A DNA stretch of 64,000 nucleotides from Ginglymostoma cirratum (Eukaryota). The DNA is taken from assembly GCA_024137785.1 (NCBI GenBank), contig JAHRHZ010000140.1, positions 27,653,010 through 27,717,009 on the forward strand. The letters run 5' to 3'. Positions 1 to 11,244 of the stretch are shown here, piece by piece; the first letter of the stretch is position 1, and every line of letters begins with the position of its first letter. The position numbers and the translations under genes are program-made. A model generated the notes under the pieces. That model made no database searches. It saw only the letters and a list, made by a program, of their open reading frames with translations, and was not told the origin of the DNA.

Positions 1-828
1 AGACAACAGCTCATTTTTACCAGCAGGGAATTCGAGTATTTCCTAAGGTCAAATGGTTTTCTGCATATAAGGACAGCCTTAGACCGTCCATCATCCAACG
101 GTCTGGCAGAAAGGGCGATCCAAACTTTGAAGGCAGGCATAAAGAAATAACCTACAACTTCACTAGATACCAAACTGCCCCAATTCCTATTTGATTATAG
201 GACCACCCCCCATGCAACTACGCAGATAACTCCAGCAGAGATCTAAATGGGGTGCAGGCTCTGCACCGGGCTAAATCTCATCTTCCCGGGTCGGGGATGG
301 GGACAGGGGCAGCTTCAGGAACACTAATGCCGACAGAAGACTCTGCTAAGTAAGACAGGCTGTTTACTACAGGGTACAACGTTTGGTGTTAGAAACACGG
401 GAATGGCCCTGCATGGGTAACACGCTTTGTCGACGAAGTGCCAGGACCAGTGACGTATAAGATTCGGGTAGGACCGACAGTCCTGAACAAGCAAGTGCAC
501 CATACGAAAGCCACAAACTCGCAAACAGCACGGAAGCAAAATGTGCCCTGCTCCTCAGAACCCGTGGGTTCCCCCTCTCTATCAAACATTAAAGAAACCT
601 CTGAATCTGAGATGAACACAGTGGATCTAACCACTTTGACGCCTTTGCTGCTGGAAGAGGAGAGAATTTCTCCTGAGACGCTTCGGGTGCAAAAGGTGAG
701 CTCCTATGTGTAACACATAGCCTCTAACTGATGCACAGTTGGAGGAACCTGACCCAGTGCTAAAACTCCCCAGCAGGCGCTACAGGAAAAATAACCAGCC
801 TATATCCTCGCACTCACAAGGGGAGGGA
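1..828 (+). mobile_element. Gypsy/Ty3 LTR retrotransposon 3' internal remnant (integrase, pseudogenised)
   Basis: Translates FTSREFEYFLRSNGFLHIRTALDRPSSNGLAERAIQTLKAGIKK*...FLFDYRTTPHATT, the integrase core ending in the catalytic E motif, with in-frame stops. A GPVTYKI motif follows, then the polypurine tract AAGGGGAGGGA (818-828). Confidence 0.9.
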
Positions 829-1050
829 TGTAGTGATTATAATGATGTCACAGCCAGGTGGTCCTCATAGAATGAGTTTGCTGATTGGCCTGGATTAACC
901 ACACCAATCAGGGAGCCCTGGCTGACAGATTAAAAATAGGAGTATGAGACATTCTGACACTCAGAGAGCTGGACCAGTATCAAGAACTTTCTACATGTAA
1001 ATATAGAGTGACTTGATGATGGGATACCAGCCTCTGTGGAGTTATTTCCA
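829..1050 (+). mobile_element. 3' LTR of the Gypsy element
   Basis: Starts TGTAGTGATT right after the PPT and ends TTATTTCCA. Homologous to the solo LTR at 18745-18966. Confidence 0.85.
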
Positions 1051-1456
1051 AATTCATTGGAGTTTAGGAGAATGAGAGGAAACCTTATTCAAACAAATAA
1101 GATTCTTCGGGGTCTTGAAAGATGCAGAAAGGTTAGTTCCTCTTTGGGAGACTGTAGGTGCAGCTTAATCTTAGAGTATGGAGTTACCCACTTAATACAG
1201 AGATAAAAAAAGAATTTCTTCTCCTATAGGTATTGGATTTGTGGAATTCTTTATCACAGAAGGAGTCAAGGCTAGGTTAAGAATATTCAACACTGAGAGG
1301 GGCAGATTTTTTACTCAGGAAGGGAATTAGAATTTATGAGAAAAAGGTAGGAAAGTGGAGCTGATGGTTATCAGGTCAGCCATGATCTCATTGAATGGTG
1401 GAGTAGACTTGATGGAATGAATGGTCTACTTTAGCTTCAACATCTTATGGCCTTAT
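1051..1456 (+). mobile_element. CR1 LINE 3' end
   Basis: gagtttaggagaatgagagg...aagaatttcttctct...gtggaattct...cagccatgatctcattgaatgg...atggtctact...tcttatggcctt; typical CR1 ORF2 end and 3'UTR. Confidence 0.8.
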
Positions 1457-1924
1457 TTCCAATTTGTTGGCAGCTACATGTACGCACTGTGTGTTTCACT
1501 GTGTTGAAGATTTAGCTAAGGAGCACAAACTGCTTGAGTAAATAATGGCTTGGTGAACCTGAAAACGTATTTCCATTTTGAGACTGAATTGTACCTGGTC
1601 GGAATGTTCGAGTTAAATGTTTTATAATTAAGGTGAAGAAAGCAGAAGAAATTTTGAGATGGGTTCAGTGCAAAGCCCAGTAAAAACTGGGGCCATTGAT
1701 CAAGTTTACTTGGATATTTCACATATCAGCAGCTGTTGACACTGATCCTGATATGAACACTTTAAAAACAGTACACACCAACATATTAATGTAAATTCTT
1801 TAAGTTTGATCTTTTACTACATGCTATTCATAAAAAAAACTGCAAATAAACCCAGAGCCAACACTGATCGCTGTTTCACACCTTCAAGTGTTGAAGTAGA
1901 AATCTCAGTGAATTTCCCAAAAAT

Positions 1925-2160
1925 CCAAATGAACTGTGGATGCTGGAAATCAGAAACAAAATCAGAAATTCGTGGAAAAACTAAGCAACTCTGGCAGCAT
2001 TTTTGGAAGAAAGCAGAGTTAACGTTTTGGGTCCAGTCTGATCAGTTCTGAAGAAGGATACCTGGACCTAAAATGACTGAACCCAAGCAGTTAACTCTGC
2101 TTTCTCTCCACAGATGCTGCCAGATCTGCTGAGCTTTGCAAGCAATTTCTGTTTTTGTCA
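1925..2160. mobile_element. Palindromic Penelope-like pseudo-LTR remnant (family B)
   Basis: Inverted arms tctggcagcat...aaagcagagttaac / gttaactctgcttt...atgctgccaga around a decayed ctgaagaagg...aaaatg core. Homologous to the copies at 28900 and 52116. Confidence 0.7.
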
Positions 2161-3004
2161 ATGAATTTCCAGCTAGGTTTCAAATCAGAAAAGATGTCAG
2201 AGTCTTGGGGGGTGGGGTAGGGTGCAGCCTCTCATAATCTAGGGCCAGAGAGAAATCATTTCTTGTTCAGAGACGGCAAGCGAAACTCTGTGAAATTCAA
2301 GGGGGGAAGTAATCCTAAATAATTTACCATGACTGTGCACGACATACACTCTGGTGGAAGACTTACTTCATGATGGGTTAGCACTGTTCATTCTCTAATG
2401 AGGTAGAGACAGGTAGGATGGGGTTATTGGGGGGACAAAAGCATCACTACAACATGTGAATTAAGTGTGTTTGTGTTATGAAATGTGGAGAGAAACATCA
2501 GGAGCCCAAAGCAAATAAAATGAACCCTCAATCCAGAATGGATATTATTGGATCCCAAAAACTACATTGCAAACACAGGACAAATCAGACACCAGTGAAC
2601 CAAATCCAGTAGAGTTCGATGCAGTGCGATTTCTCCTGTCAGGAGGTTTTCACACTGCTTGTTGACACCATCTCAATTCTGCCTGTACCAGGATGACTTA
2701 CAAAGAAGCCCAGCACTTCCCTTCATACAGCAAAGCAATGTCTTAACAACACTGTATAATTATGTAATCTATTTCCTGTAACTAATAGATGAGTAAACTC
2801 AAAGACAGGCTGAAATTCACTTTTCTTTCAGTGCAGTTCCTAAACATACTGAAGCTAGAATCTATGCAGTCAGTAAAATTTCTAACCAGAAGATATTAAA
2901 CATGAGGCTGGTCAGGCATACTGTATGTCAGGCAACTTTTTAAGTCAGCAGAAAAAGGCTTGAAATTTACCGCAACAGAGTGTGCACTGCAAGGTGCTGT
3001 TTTA

Positions 3005-3177
3005 AGCTCCACGAATGCTGGAGGAACACAACAGGTCAGGCAGAGGACACCTGATGAAGGGTCCCGATCTGAAACGTCGACTCTCCCGTTCCTCTGATGC
3101 TTCCTGACCTGCTGTACTCCTCCAGCTCCAAAATCTATTGACTCTGACTCCAGCATTTGCAGTTCTTGCTATCTCCA
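3005..3177 (+). mobile_element. Penelope-like pseudo-LTR remnant (family A) with hammerhead core
   Basis: CTGATGA-AGGGTCCCGATCT-GAAACGTC at 3051-3078, with a short inverted arm. Same sequence as the termini of the endonuclease-bearing copy at 35778-36618. Confidence 0.75.
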
Positions 3178-3507
3178 CAAATGTGCTGACTGGTGAGATG
3201 CTGGGGCTAAGACTGAGATGCAAAGACTAGATTCTCGTATGATTTTAAAATCATTCAAGTGAAAAGACAGAAAATAGGAATGTTTAGAGCATGATTTGTG
3301 TAGGTGTCCCTTGGCTGATTAGTTCAAATAACCTATTGTTTAAATTATAAATTTGATCACGATGTAGGGTACATCAAAACAAAATCATATAGTGACAGCA
3401 TCAGAGTATAGTGATAAAGCACAAGCTTAATGAATACTTCATTTCCCTTGTGGTCAGTTTCCTTGACCTAGCAAGAAGAGCAAAGCAGCTACAAGTCTAC
3501 ATTGATT

Positions 3508-3602
3508 TCTGATGAAGGGTTTAGGCCCGAAACGTCAAGTTTTCCTGCTCCTATGATGCTGCTTGACCTGCTGTGTTCATCCAGCCCCATGCTTGTTATC
3601 TC
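3508..3602 (+). mobile_element. 95-bp Penelope-like mini-insertion with 17-bp TSD
   Basis: Flanked by perfect ACAAGTCTACATTGATT (3491-3507 and 3603-3619). Begins TCTGATGAAGGGTTTAGGCCCGAAACGTC. Confidence 0.85.
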
Positions 3603-4804
3603 ACAAGTCTACATTGATTGCTGAACAGAGATATACAGAACTCTTAACCAATACAGCTCTCCCCTGAAATACAATGCTCCATCTGGTAACCTGGCAAAAC
3701 ACATCCAGCAAGGGAAGGCAAGCTTGAGCGCCATGCAAGTCCTGCAGCTATTGCACGTTTCCATTAAGACCTGTTTGTCAACAGCACTGTAAATTAAAGA
3801 ATTAATAATAAATTACTCGCCACAGGAAGAATGAAATCCACTAAAAATCACACTGGCCCAAGTCAACAAAATGCAATTTAGTTGCACTCCCAACACACTA
3901 CAGTGATCCTTTCAAACAACTTGAGCTCCCAGAAGATGAAGAGCTGGCAAGAGGAATGCAGAAACGGCAGGTTTGCAGAACATCTGCTACTGGTATCGTC
4001 TCTATCCAAACATTCAGTCACACTACATCTATGCTAATTATTTAAAAACCTGCCACTGCACATGTTATTTTCTTCATCATGCTAAACACCATTTTAACTT
4101 ATGAATGACTGTGGCAGCTGCAATCAAGTTTGGCAATGAAAATACATTGCATGAAAGAATTATTAATTTAGTAAATAAAGCATTTGTGCCATGTCAATAT
4201 TGCAGATTATATAGATCAGCAAAAATCAAATATAGCAATCTCAAATGTTATTTCTGCCTAAGACATTCTCAAAGTTAATATTTCAAACAATATCTTAAAT
4301 TGAAGGTGAAAGGCTATCTTACTAAGGAGTTATTTCTAGAGACACTGCATACTTGACTATCTTTCTTAATCACTATATTGACATTACCTCTGAATTTGCT
4401 GCTATTCTGCCAATTTGTCAAAGGTAATTTAGAAAAATCCTTGACCTTTTTTTTCTGAGTCCATTGACTGCAGTGTAAAGGATTAAATCTGGCTGTGAGA
4501 AATGCAGATGAGACAGTATACATTATCACAGGAAGTGATGCAATATCACAGGATCTTGTTCTCTCCGCTCCATGGCAAGTTCGAAGCCACAGAAAGATGT
4601 TTCTGAAATAATGTTAATGTCTTTCTGACCCAAGCAGATTCTGGAAAATATTCTTTAGAAGCATGAGACCAAGAATATTAATTGGGGGCAGCAAACAAAA
4701 GGTTAATTTGGGAAAGTCACTGCTCTTACCAGGAAGCTTTTGGTAGGTCACAGGTCCTGATCAAGCAGAGCATGGGGATGAATTGGTACCAAAGATTTAG
4801 GAGG

Positions 4805-4985
4805 CATTGCCCTGGGGGTGCAGTTTAAAATAAGGGGCCCCCATTTCAAGACAGAAACAAAGAGGAATTTCTTCTCTCAGAGGATCATTAATCTTTGGAA
4901 TTCTCTTCCTAAGACAGCAGTGGAAGCTGGGTCATTGAATGTATTCAAGACTGAGTTAGACAGATTTTCTAATCAGCAGAGGGGA
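4805..4985 (+). mobile_element. CR1 3' fragment
   Basis: gaggaatttcttctctcagagg...tctttggaattctcttcc...gtattcaagactgagttagacagattt. Confidence 0.75.
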
Positions 4986-5125
4986 TGACAAAATCTAGTA
5001 TGGCAGTTTAAACTGTCTGTATGATATTAGAGACACTATACGTTATGATAGCAAGGTGATGCAATGTCACATGATGTCTCTTGCAGCCTCATGGCAAGAT
5101 GAAGCCACTGTAAGACGTAACTTAA

Positions 5126-5443
5126 AATCACAGAATCCCTAGTGTGTGGAAGCAGGCCATTCAGTCCATCGAATCCACACCAGCCCTCTGAAAAGCATCC
5201 CCCCAGGGCCAGCCCCCGACCCTATCCCTGTAACCCCGCATTTCTCATGGGTAATCCACTTAACCTGCACATCCCGAGGCACTGTGAGCAATTTAGCATG
5301 ACTAATCCACCTAACCTGCTCATCTTTGGACCATGGGTGGAAACCCATGCAGGTACAGGGAGAATGTGCAAACTTCACACAGACAATCGCCCGAGGATGG
5401 AATCGAACCCAGATCCCTGGCACCGTGAGGCAGCAGTACTTAC
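5126..5443 (-). mobile_element. HE1-type tRNA-derived SINE
   Basis: Reverse complement of the family seen at 13163, 27825 and 41902. B box GGTTCGATTCC and CR1-like tail are present; the 5' A box is lost. Confidence 0.88.
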
Positions 5444-7379
5444 AGTCCTATGTACTTGATGTTATTTATTTCCTTACCTCAGCAGTCTCTGGAAACATTC
5501 TTTAACAGCATAGCACCAAGGATATTGTATTGACAAGTTCATTACTGCAATTATAACTAAAGTTAACTCTTGAAAACCACTTTTTAATTCTGGAAATATT
5601 TCTGTTTAATTCCTCGTTGCTAGTACAGTTCTTTCAGTGTCCCAGGCAGTGTAAGATTTTAATAGTATTAAGAGAAGTGGAGGTTAACACTATTCAGCTG
5701 GATGAGGAATGTGAGCATAGGCAGGAAGGTGTTGCCAATGCAGGATGTATGCTTTATTGGGCCAAAAAATAAACTCAGTGTTGAAATTCTTGAATCTTCA
5801 CAAACCTCTCAACATGGAAGTTTATCTGGATCTGAACTCCACTGGCATTAAAAAAGGCATACAATAATTTCAAGAACCAGTCCTTACGGAAAAGTCCTAC
5901 TGTTAGGGTTACATTTAACAGGATTGCAAAAATCAATAATAATCCAATATGACTCCTGTGTTGATATACTGGAGTTTGTCTTGCAAATGAGAAAGGGAAA
6001 CTTTGTCGCAGCTTTGATGAAAAAAAACTAAACTATTTTCCTCAGATTCTTTTCAATTTAAGACATTACTGTTTTACTTTTGGCAAAGGCTGCTGACCCC
6101 TCCAGATCAGAAAGTCCAGCCGGTGGACTTTGCCCTCATAGATGCCAATCAATAATACACATGGCAATAAGGCACTTTGTTTTCTGTTAAACAAACATAA
6201 TTCTTTCCCATTCTTTGCAGAAGCAGTTGACAGACTGTGCAAAATGCCCCATGTTTATTTGCACTGTTGTAAATAGAATGGGGTGCCAGGCACTTTACGG
6301 TTATGTGGGCTGATGCATTTTTGCTAAAAATTTACATTTCTTAGCACAAAAACCTGGTTACAGGCCATGCATCTACGCTGAGCTGAGGAACGAGAGGCTG
6401 GGAAGAGAGAGGCAGGAAGGAAAAAGCTTCAGTGTCACTAATAAACATATCAAGTATGTGCTTAGAGATGGGCTCAAGTCTCCACAAAAGCAAGCCTCAG
6501 CGGCTGCTTGTAAATCAGCCTGTCCTTATTACATATTCTGATGTGCGTGCTTTGAGAAGCTTGAGTCAAAAAGGACAATACTCATTCTACAATGAAAGTC
6601 TGTAACATTTCAGGCCCCTTTCAGATTGTGTTTTTAAAAAACAGAACCATCAGCTACTGCCAAGCTGCTCTGAAAATGTTGAGAAGTTTGTTGAGAAGAT
6701 TATGTTTGGCTTTCAGGGATACAATAAATAAGTCAGTAATGTGACGATAGGACCCCATTCCCTCCAACTGTACATCTTTAGCCACAAATGTAGTTCTTAA
6801 TTTCAGCTGTTTTACAATATTTGGGGCACAAGGCTGTATTTGATTCAGTGGAAAGCTGAGTTCCCAGTGTCTACAGTACATGGGACCCCACCTCCCCCTC
6901 TATTGAAAAGCTGAACAGCTTGTTGCATGGAGCACACTGTATAAAGTGTCTTTGTTTTACTGCTGATGCACAAAGACTGCTTGTCCTTGTTCACGTCTCT
7001 TGCTCTTTGCCACCCAGTCATATCCTATTCCAATGCCACCCCTGCCAAGTAAATTAGAGATTACTCCTCGCTAAATAGCGGCCTTTGTGTGACTGCAATG
7101 TTGCCGGTACGATCTAGCAGAAAAACAAAAGGGAAGCCATTTCTCTAATTCTCATTAATCTCCATTGCATGCACCACAACAGAGCTTAGATGGTTTAAAT
7201 GTGTTAAACTGTAGCATATGAAGTGCGCATAAGCAGACTAGTGACTCCCATCAAACACACGCACTCATACACACTCAAACGGAAGGATTAATCCACTGGT
7301 ATAAACTAAACGTTTACAGTTTGAAAAGATGGTGCACAATTATTAAACAAAGAGAAAAGAAACAAGAAGTTTTCCTTGC

Positions 7380-7401
7380 CTGGAAAATGTTGCTTCCACA
7401 T
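7380..7401 (-). CDS. CTBP2: Alternative short first coding exon of CTBP2 (MWKQHFP-G), GC donor
   Basis: Minus strand reads ATG TGG AAG CAA CAT TTT CCA G|GCAAGG. This matches my recollection of a vertebrate CtBP2 isoform starting MWRQHFPGIRPQIMNG. Phase 1 is the same as the RIBEYE exon, CAG|GCAAG is the GC-AG donor consensus, and the surrounding DNA is repeat-free. Confidence 0.78.
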
Positions 7402-7790
7402 TCTTCACATTAGTATTTTAGTAAAAATCACACATGGTACATGGTAGCATAGAAAAAAAAGGACTAATTAAAAAAAACACAAGCAGACACTCAGTGTTCA
7501 GGGTCTAGTTCGCAGCCTCCGCCAGTACAACTACAAGAGATGTCTTCGATCAAGCAGTCCCCCTGCCCACAGCTGCAACATCTCGAGACAAATGTCTCTT
7601 TGAACACAAATGGAAAGAAAAGGCTTTTGTCCTGAGCTCCGAGGAAAGGTCCAGGCTCCTCTAACACGGATAGAGTCACCTTCACACCACTGTAAACTCC
7701 TCACAGCACTCGCTCTGGGCTAGCTTTTAACTAATCACAATTTATTCCAACCCCTCGAAAAATCATGTGAGCCAGCCCTTTTCTAAAAAA
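7402..7790 (-). promoter_or_regulatory. Putative 5'UTR and internal promoter of the MWKQHFPG exon
   Basis: Unique sequence with retained CpGs. TATA-like TTAAAAG (7730-7724, minus), homeodomain TAATCA (7732-7737) and E/M-box TCATGTGA (7763-7770). The TSS is inferred near 7700. Confidence 0.5.
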
Positions 7791-8699
7791 AACACACACA
7801 CTTAGAAACCTGACATACTGAATGTTATTTTTAAAATTATTATTTTGGTTTGCAGTTTGATTTTCCTTTTACAACGCCTTCTGGTCTTCCTGCATTTGTT
7901 TATTTTTCTTCTTGTTTTCGTTTTACACCCCAGTTGATTTCAATTGAGAATCTGAGAGCTTTGATATTTCTGAGCTTTTTATTTCCATTTATCTCAATCG
8001 CCTGTCTCCTCCACCACCTCCCCCTATACCCTTTTATTTCTGACATCTAGACTTTACACGGCCTATCAGCAGGGTGGGAGGGGAGAAACAAGCCCTTCCG
8101 TATATCTTTGAAATCATGGGCAGTGCTGCCCCATGGGCAGATGGCAGGACATAGCTGTTTTCAACTCCCACAAACCCCCCACCAAACTGAGATGCTCCAC
8201 AGATACCAGCAAAACAGGAACAAATCTAACCAGATGGTGGCACGTCAAAATTTGACAATCAGACAGACATCAGCAGCAGAGTAATTTTAAAATCCTTACC
8301 CAATACATTCACTCGGCTTTGACGGGACACCTTGGGCGGTAGATGCACTTTAATCACTACCGCACTGCTACAAATGCAAAACTGTCCCAGAAAGTTTGAA
8401 AGAAACAAAGGAATCCGAACATAAATTTGGAAAGCTAAGAATAAGACAAAATCCGAGATAGCCCACTCAGGCCCAACTCCACCAAAAGGTCATCAGTTAG
8501 GATTCAAGCTCTCCATCTGTTGTTACCAGATTTGTAACAGTGTCAAATGAAGAATGGTTAGAAATTTGTCTCAGTGTCAGGAATACAAAATTAACGTTAG
8601 CGTTTCTTAGCCATTTGAATCACATTTACCTTAAAGAGTAAAGCAGTATTCTTGCTGCAGCAGTTGTGGAACAGTAGTAACATCAAAGCTTACTTACAG

Positions 8700-9435
8700 A
8701 GTTCAATTCTGAGAACAGATTGCTGAACTTAGAATTACATTCCCTTGTGTTTAGTAGCTTGATGGGTAATCAGATCAAGGTGTCTAAACTTATGGCCTTG
8801 AGATGATTCCAGAGTGGTTTCCCGGCCCCAAGGTGAAGCCCAGCACGGTCTGAAATCAAAGCCTGGTGCGAACTAGAGGCTAGGTACTGGCATAGACTGG
8901 GTTGGAAGCACTGTTATTCTGAATGTTTTATTTCGTTATTTTTCTAATTTAGTCCTATGATCTGTAATGCTGGACTACTGTGTTCATTTTTCTAACTTTT
9001 CTTTCTCTAAGGATCTGTACCTAGGTTCCTTTGGCATAAGTGGCGACTTGTAAACTTTGCACTGTACATGTGACAATAAATCTAATTCTAACTTTAAATT
9101 GATAAAGACAAACTGATAGGATAGTTTAGATAATTTATTTCCTCCGATGCAGAAATCCAGAACAAGATATCACAACCTTAAAATGAATTTGACCAATTAG
9201 CAAAGAAGTTGTGACATACTTTATCTTCACAAATGGAAATCTGGAACTCATTACCTCAAATGGCAATGAGAGCTGGGTTATTTGGAATTCCCAAGACTGA
9301 GATCAATAGATTTCATTTTAGGTCAGAGTACCAACATATATGTACCAAAATTAAATCTGAGTACAAATCAGTGATGATCAACTGGATTGGCAGAATGGAT
9401 TCAAAAGGCTGAATGATCTACTCCAATTCTTATGG
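8700..9435 (+). mobile_element. CR1 3' end interrupted (about 8790-9092) by a second retroposon ending ...tacatgtgacaataaatctaattct
   Basis: CR1 tail motifs lie on both sides. The inserted piece resembles 43560-43990 and 28255-28530. Confidence 0.6.
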
Positions 9436-10554
9436 TTTTACATTATCTATACATAATTATTTGTAACTCTTGTGTGAATTTAGTTGCCAGCTGCTACCAA
9501 GTTAATATTCTGGACTAGCAGAATACATCAACAGCACAGAAATATAGCGTGATCAATGATTGGAGAGGGGTAGAGGGTCTGAGACAGAAAGAAGGTGAAC
9601 GGCAATACAAATCAGATCTACTCAGCCAGCGTTAATCCAAAGAGTTTTGAATCTCCTATACCTTTTAGTTTCAAAGGGTTTGCATTTCTTTCTCCAGACG
9701 GAGGGTAACACCGGGGTCGCTATAATAATTAGGTGACAGGAATGCTGTTGACTTCTGTAATTCCCTCTAGCTATGTTCCTTGCTGATGGGATTTTCTTGG
9801 TTATGTTTGAAGTGGTTGTAACGAGTGCTTTCTCCTTGCCTTTATGTGTATATCTGTGCACACAGAGAAAAGTCATTCACTGGCGATTTATTCTTGTATA
9901 AGACGTCATACTAGACCAAACAGGACACTGCCTTTTTAAAAGGGAACTAAACCCCAGTGGCAAAGTCATTTCTTTTAACACGTTACCTATTGTTATAAAG
10001 GACAGGCTTCACACAGAAACTGTGAAAGCACGGTGACATTGTTTACTGAGAATTTTCAGCCGGGGAAAAAAAATACTATCACTGTAACTAAGTTAACTCA
10101 AGTACATGAGCACTGGACTGGAGCCAGAAGAACCAGCTGAAAGATATTTACAATACTTAAACCAAGAGAAATCTAATAAACTAAATTACTGTATTATTAA
10201 TATTTGCCAGCCACTGTTCAAAGAATGCAATATATGGTTCAAAATTTCTCAATTCGTTCCTCACTCAAGTAACTTTGGGCTAAAAATTAGAATGGATTGT
10301 TAGCAGGCATGGGGATTGGGATATGTAAATACTTCCTGCTCAGATGAGGTATTGTAGGATGCGTGCAAACTTTGTTCTGTTTGTTCATCTCAACCCAGCC
10401 CATCACGGAATGTGTCACTGAGTGGCTGGACACTTTGCAGGGTGTTCTGGTGTGCGTGTGCGTCTCACTTGATACACAAATATCCTGCCATTCTTAATAT
10501 GCAGGCTGCAGTAGATGATACATAAAAGGCTATGATGGAAGGAAGACCACTATT

Positions 10555-10780
10555 AATGGAGAAACAGACCAGGGCAAGTGTTTCCAGGCTCTCGGATCCC
10601 AGGAGGAAAGGGAAGAAGACAGATCACGTTTCTGCAAGGAGCCAGGAAGACCTTAGGCATACACATACCCATATGTAATGGGAGCAGGTGGCCAGGGAGG
10701 TCAATTCCAGGACCCTAGTCCCCATGACTTGGCCGCACTGTCACAAAACGTTCAATGACCTCAAAAGGTGAAGGTCAGTG
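10555..10780 (+). mobile_element. Myb/SANT-like ORF remnant, probably from a Harbinger/PIF transposon
   Basis: 10679-10768 translates WEQVAREVNSRTLVPMTWPHCHKTFNDLKR, fitting the W..VA..VN....RT..QC.KKFNDL pattern. It is preceded by RASVSRLSD (an APRFSD-like motif) and is frameshifted. Confidence 0.6.
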
Positions 10781-11244
10781 AATGCGTCCCCACATGAAAT
10801 CTATCCTGTGTAACATCAATTTCTCATAAAACTCAATGGGGACACCCCCATCACTCACGCATCAGCAATATCTAACAAGCAAAATTCATATCTCGCATTC
10901 AGATACATCACCTCACCCTTGCATTCATGTCTTTGAACAGTCTCATCTTTCTGCTGACAAAATACTGCACAACACACACGTTACTCTTTTTACACTCCTT
11001 TTGGCAAACACAGCAGTACATAATGGTCAATGGAAGGCTACACATCTGAAGCACCATAAATTGATACGAAATTCACAATCACCAACTCAAACATTGATAT
11101 CGTGTGTGCATTCACTTGAGGATAGTATAGATTTGGGATCAGCATCCACAATGTCATAGGTGTGAATGGACTGCAGCCAGGACAAGAGGAGAACTGTGTC
11201 TGAGTCTGTGTGTATGCAGACAGGTTCTGCTGCATAGAACTCAC

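Noticed and set aside
1925-2160. Palindromes as pre-miRNAs, terminators or MITEs
   Set aside because: Multi-copy, with variable long TSDs, asymmetric arms and shared architecture with an endonuclease-bearing Penelope copy.
1-7379. Shared CTBP2 B-domain exon (IRPQIMNGP...QEIHEK)
   Set aside because: Searched by eye on the minus strand and not found; presumably beyond the window start.
7491-7685. 64-aa Cys-rich minus ORF
   Set aside because: GTG start, no recognisable homology; lies in the inferred 5'UTR.
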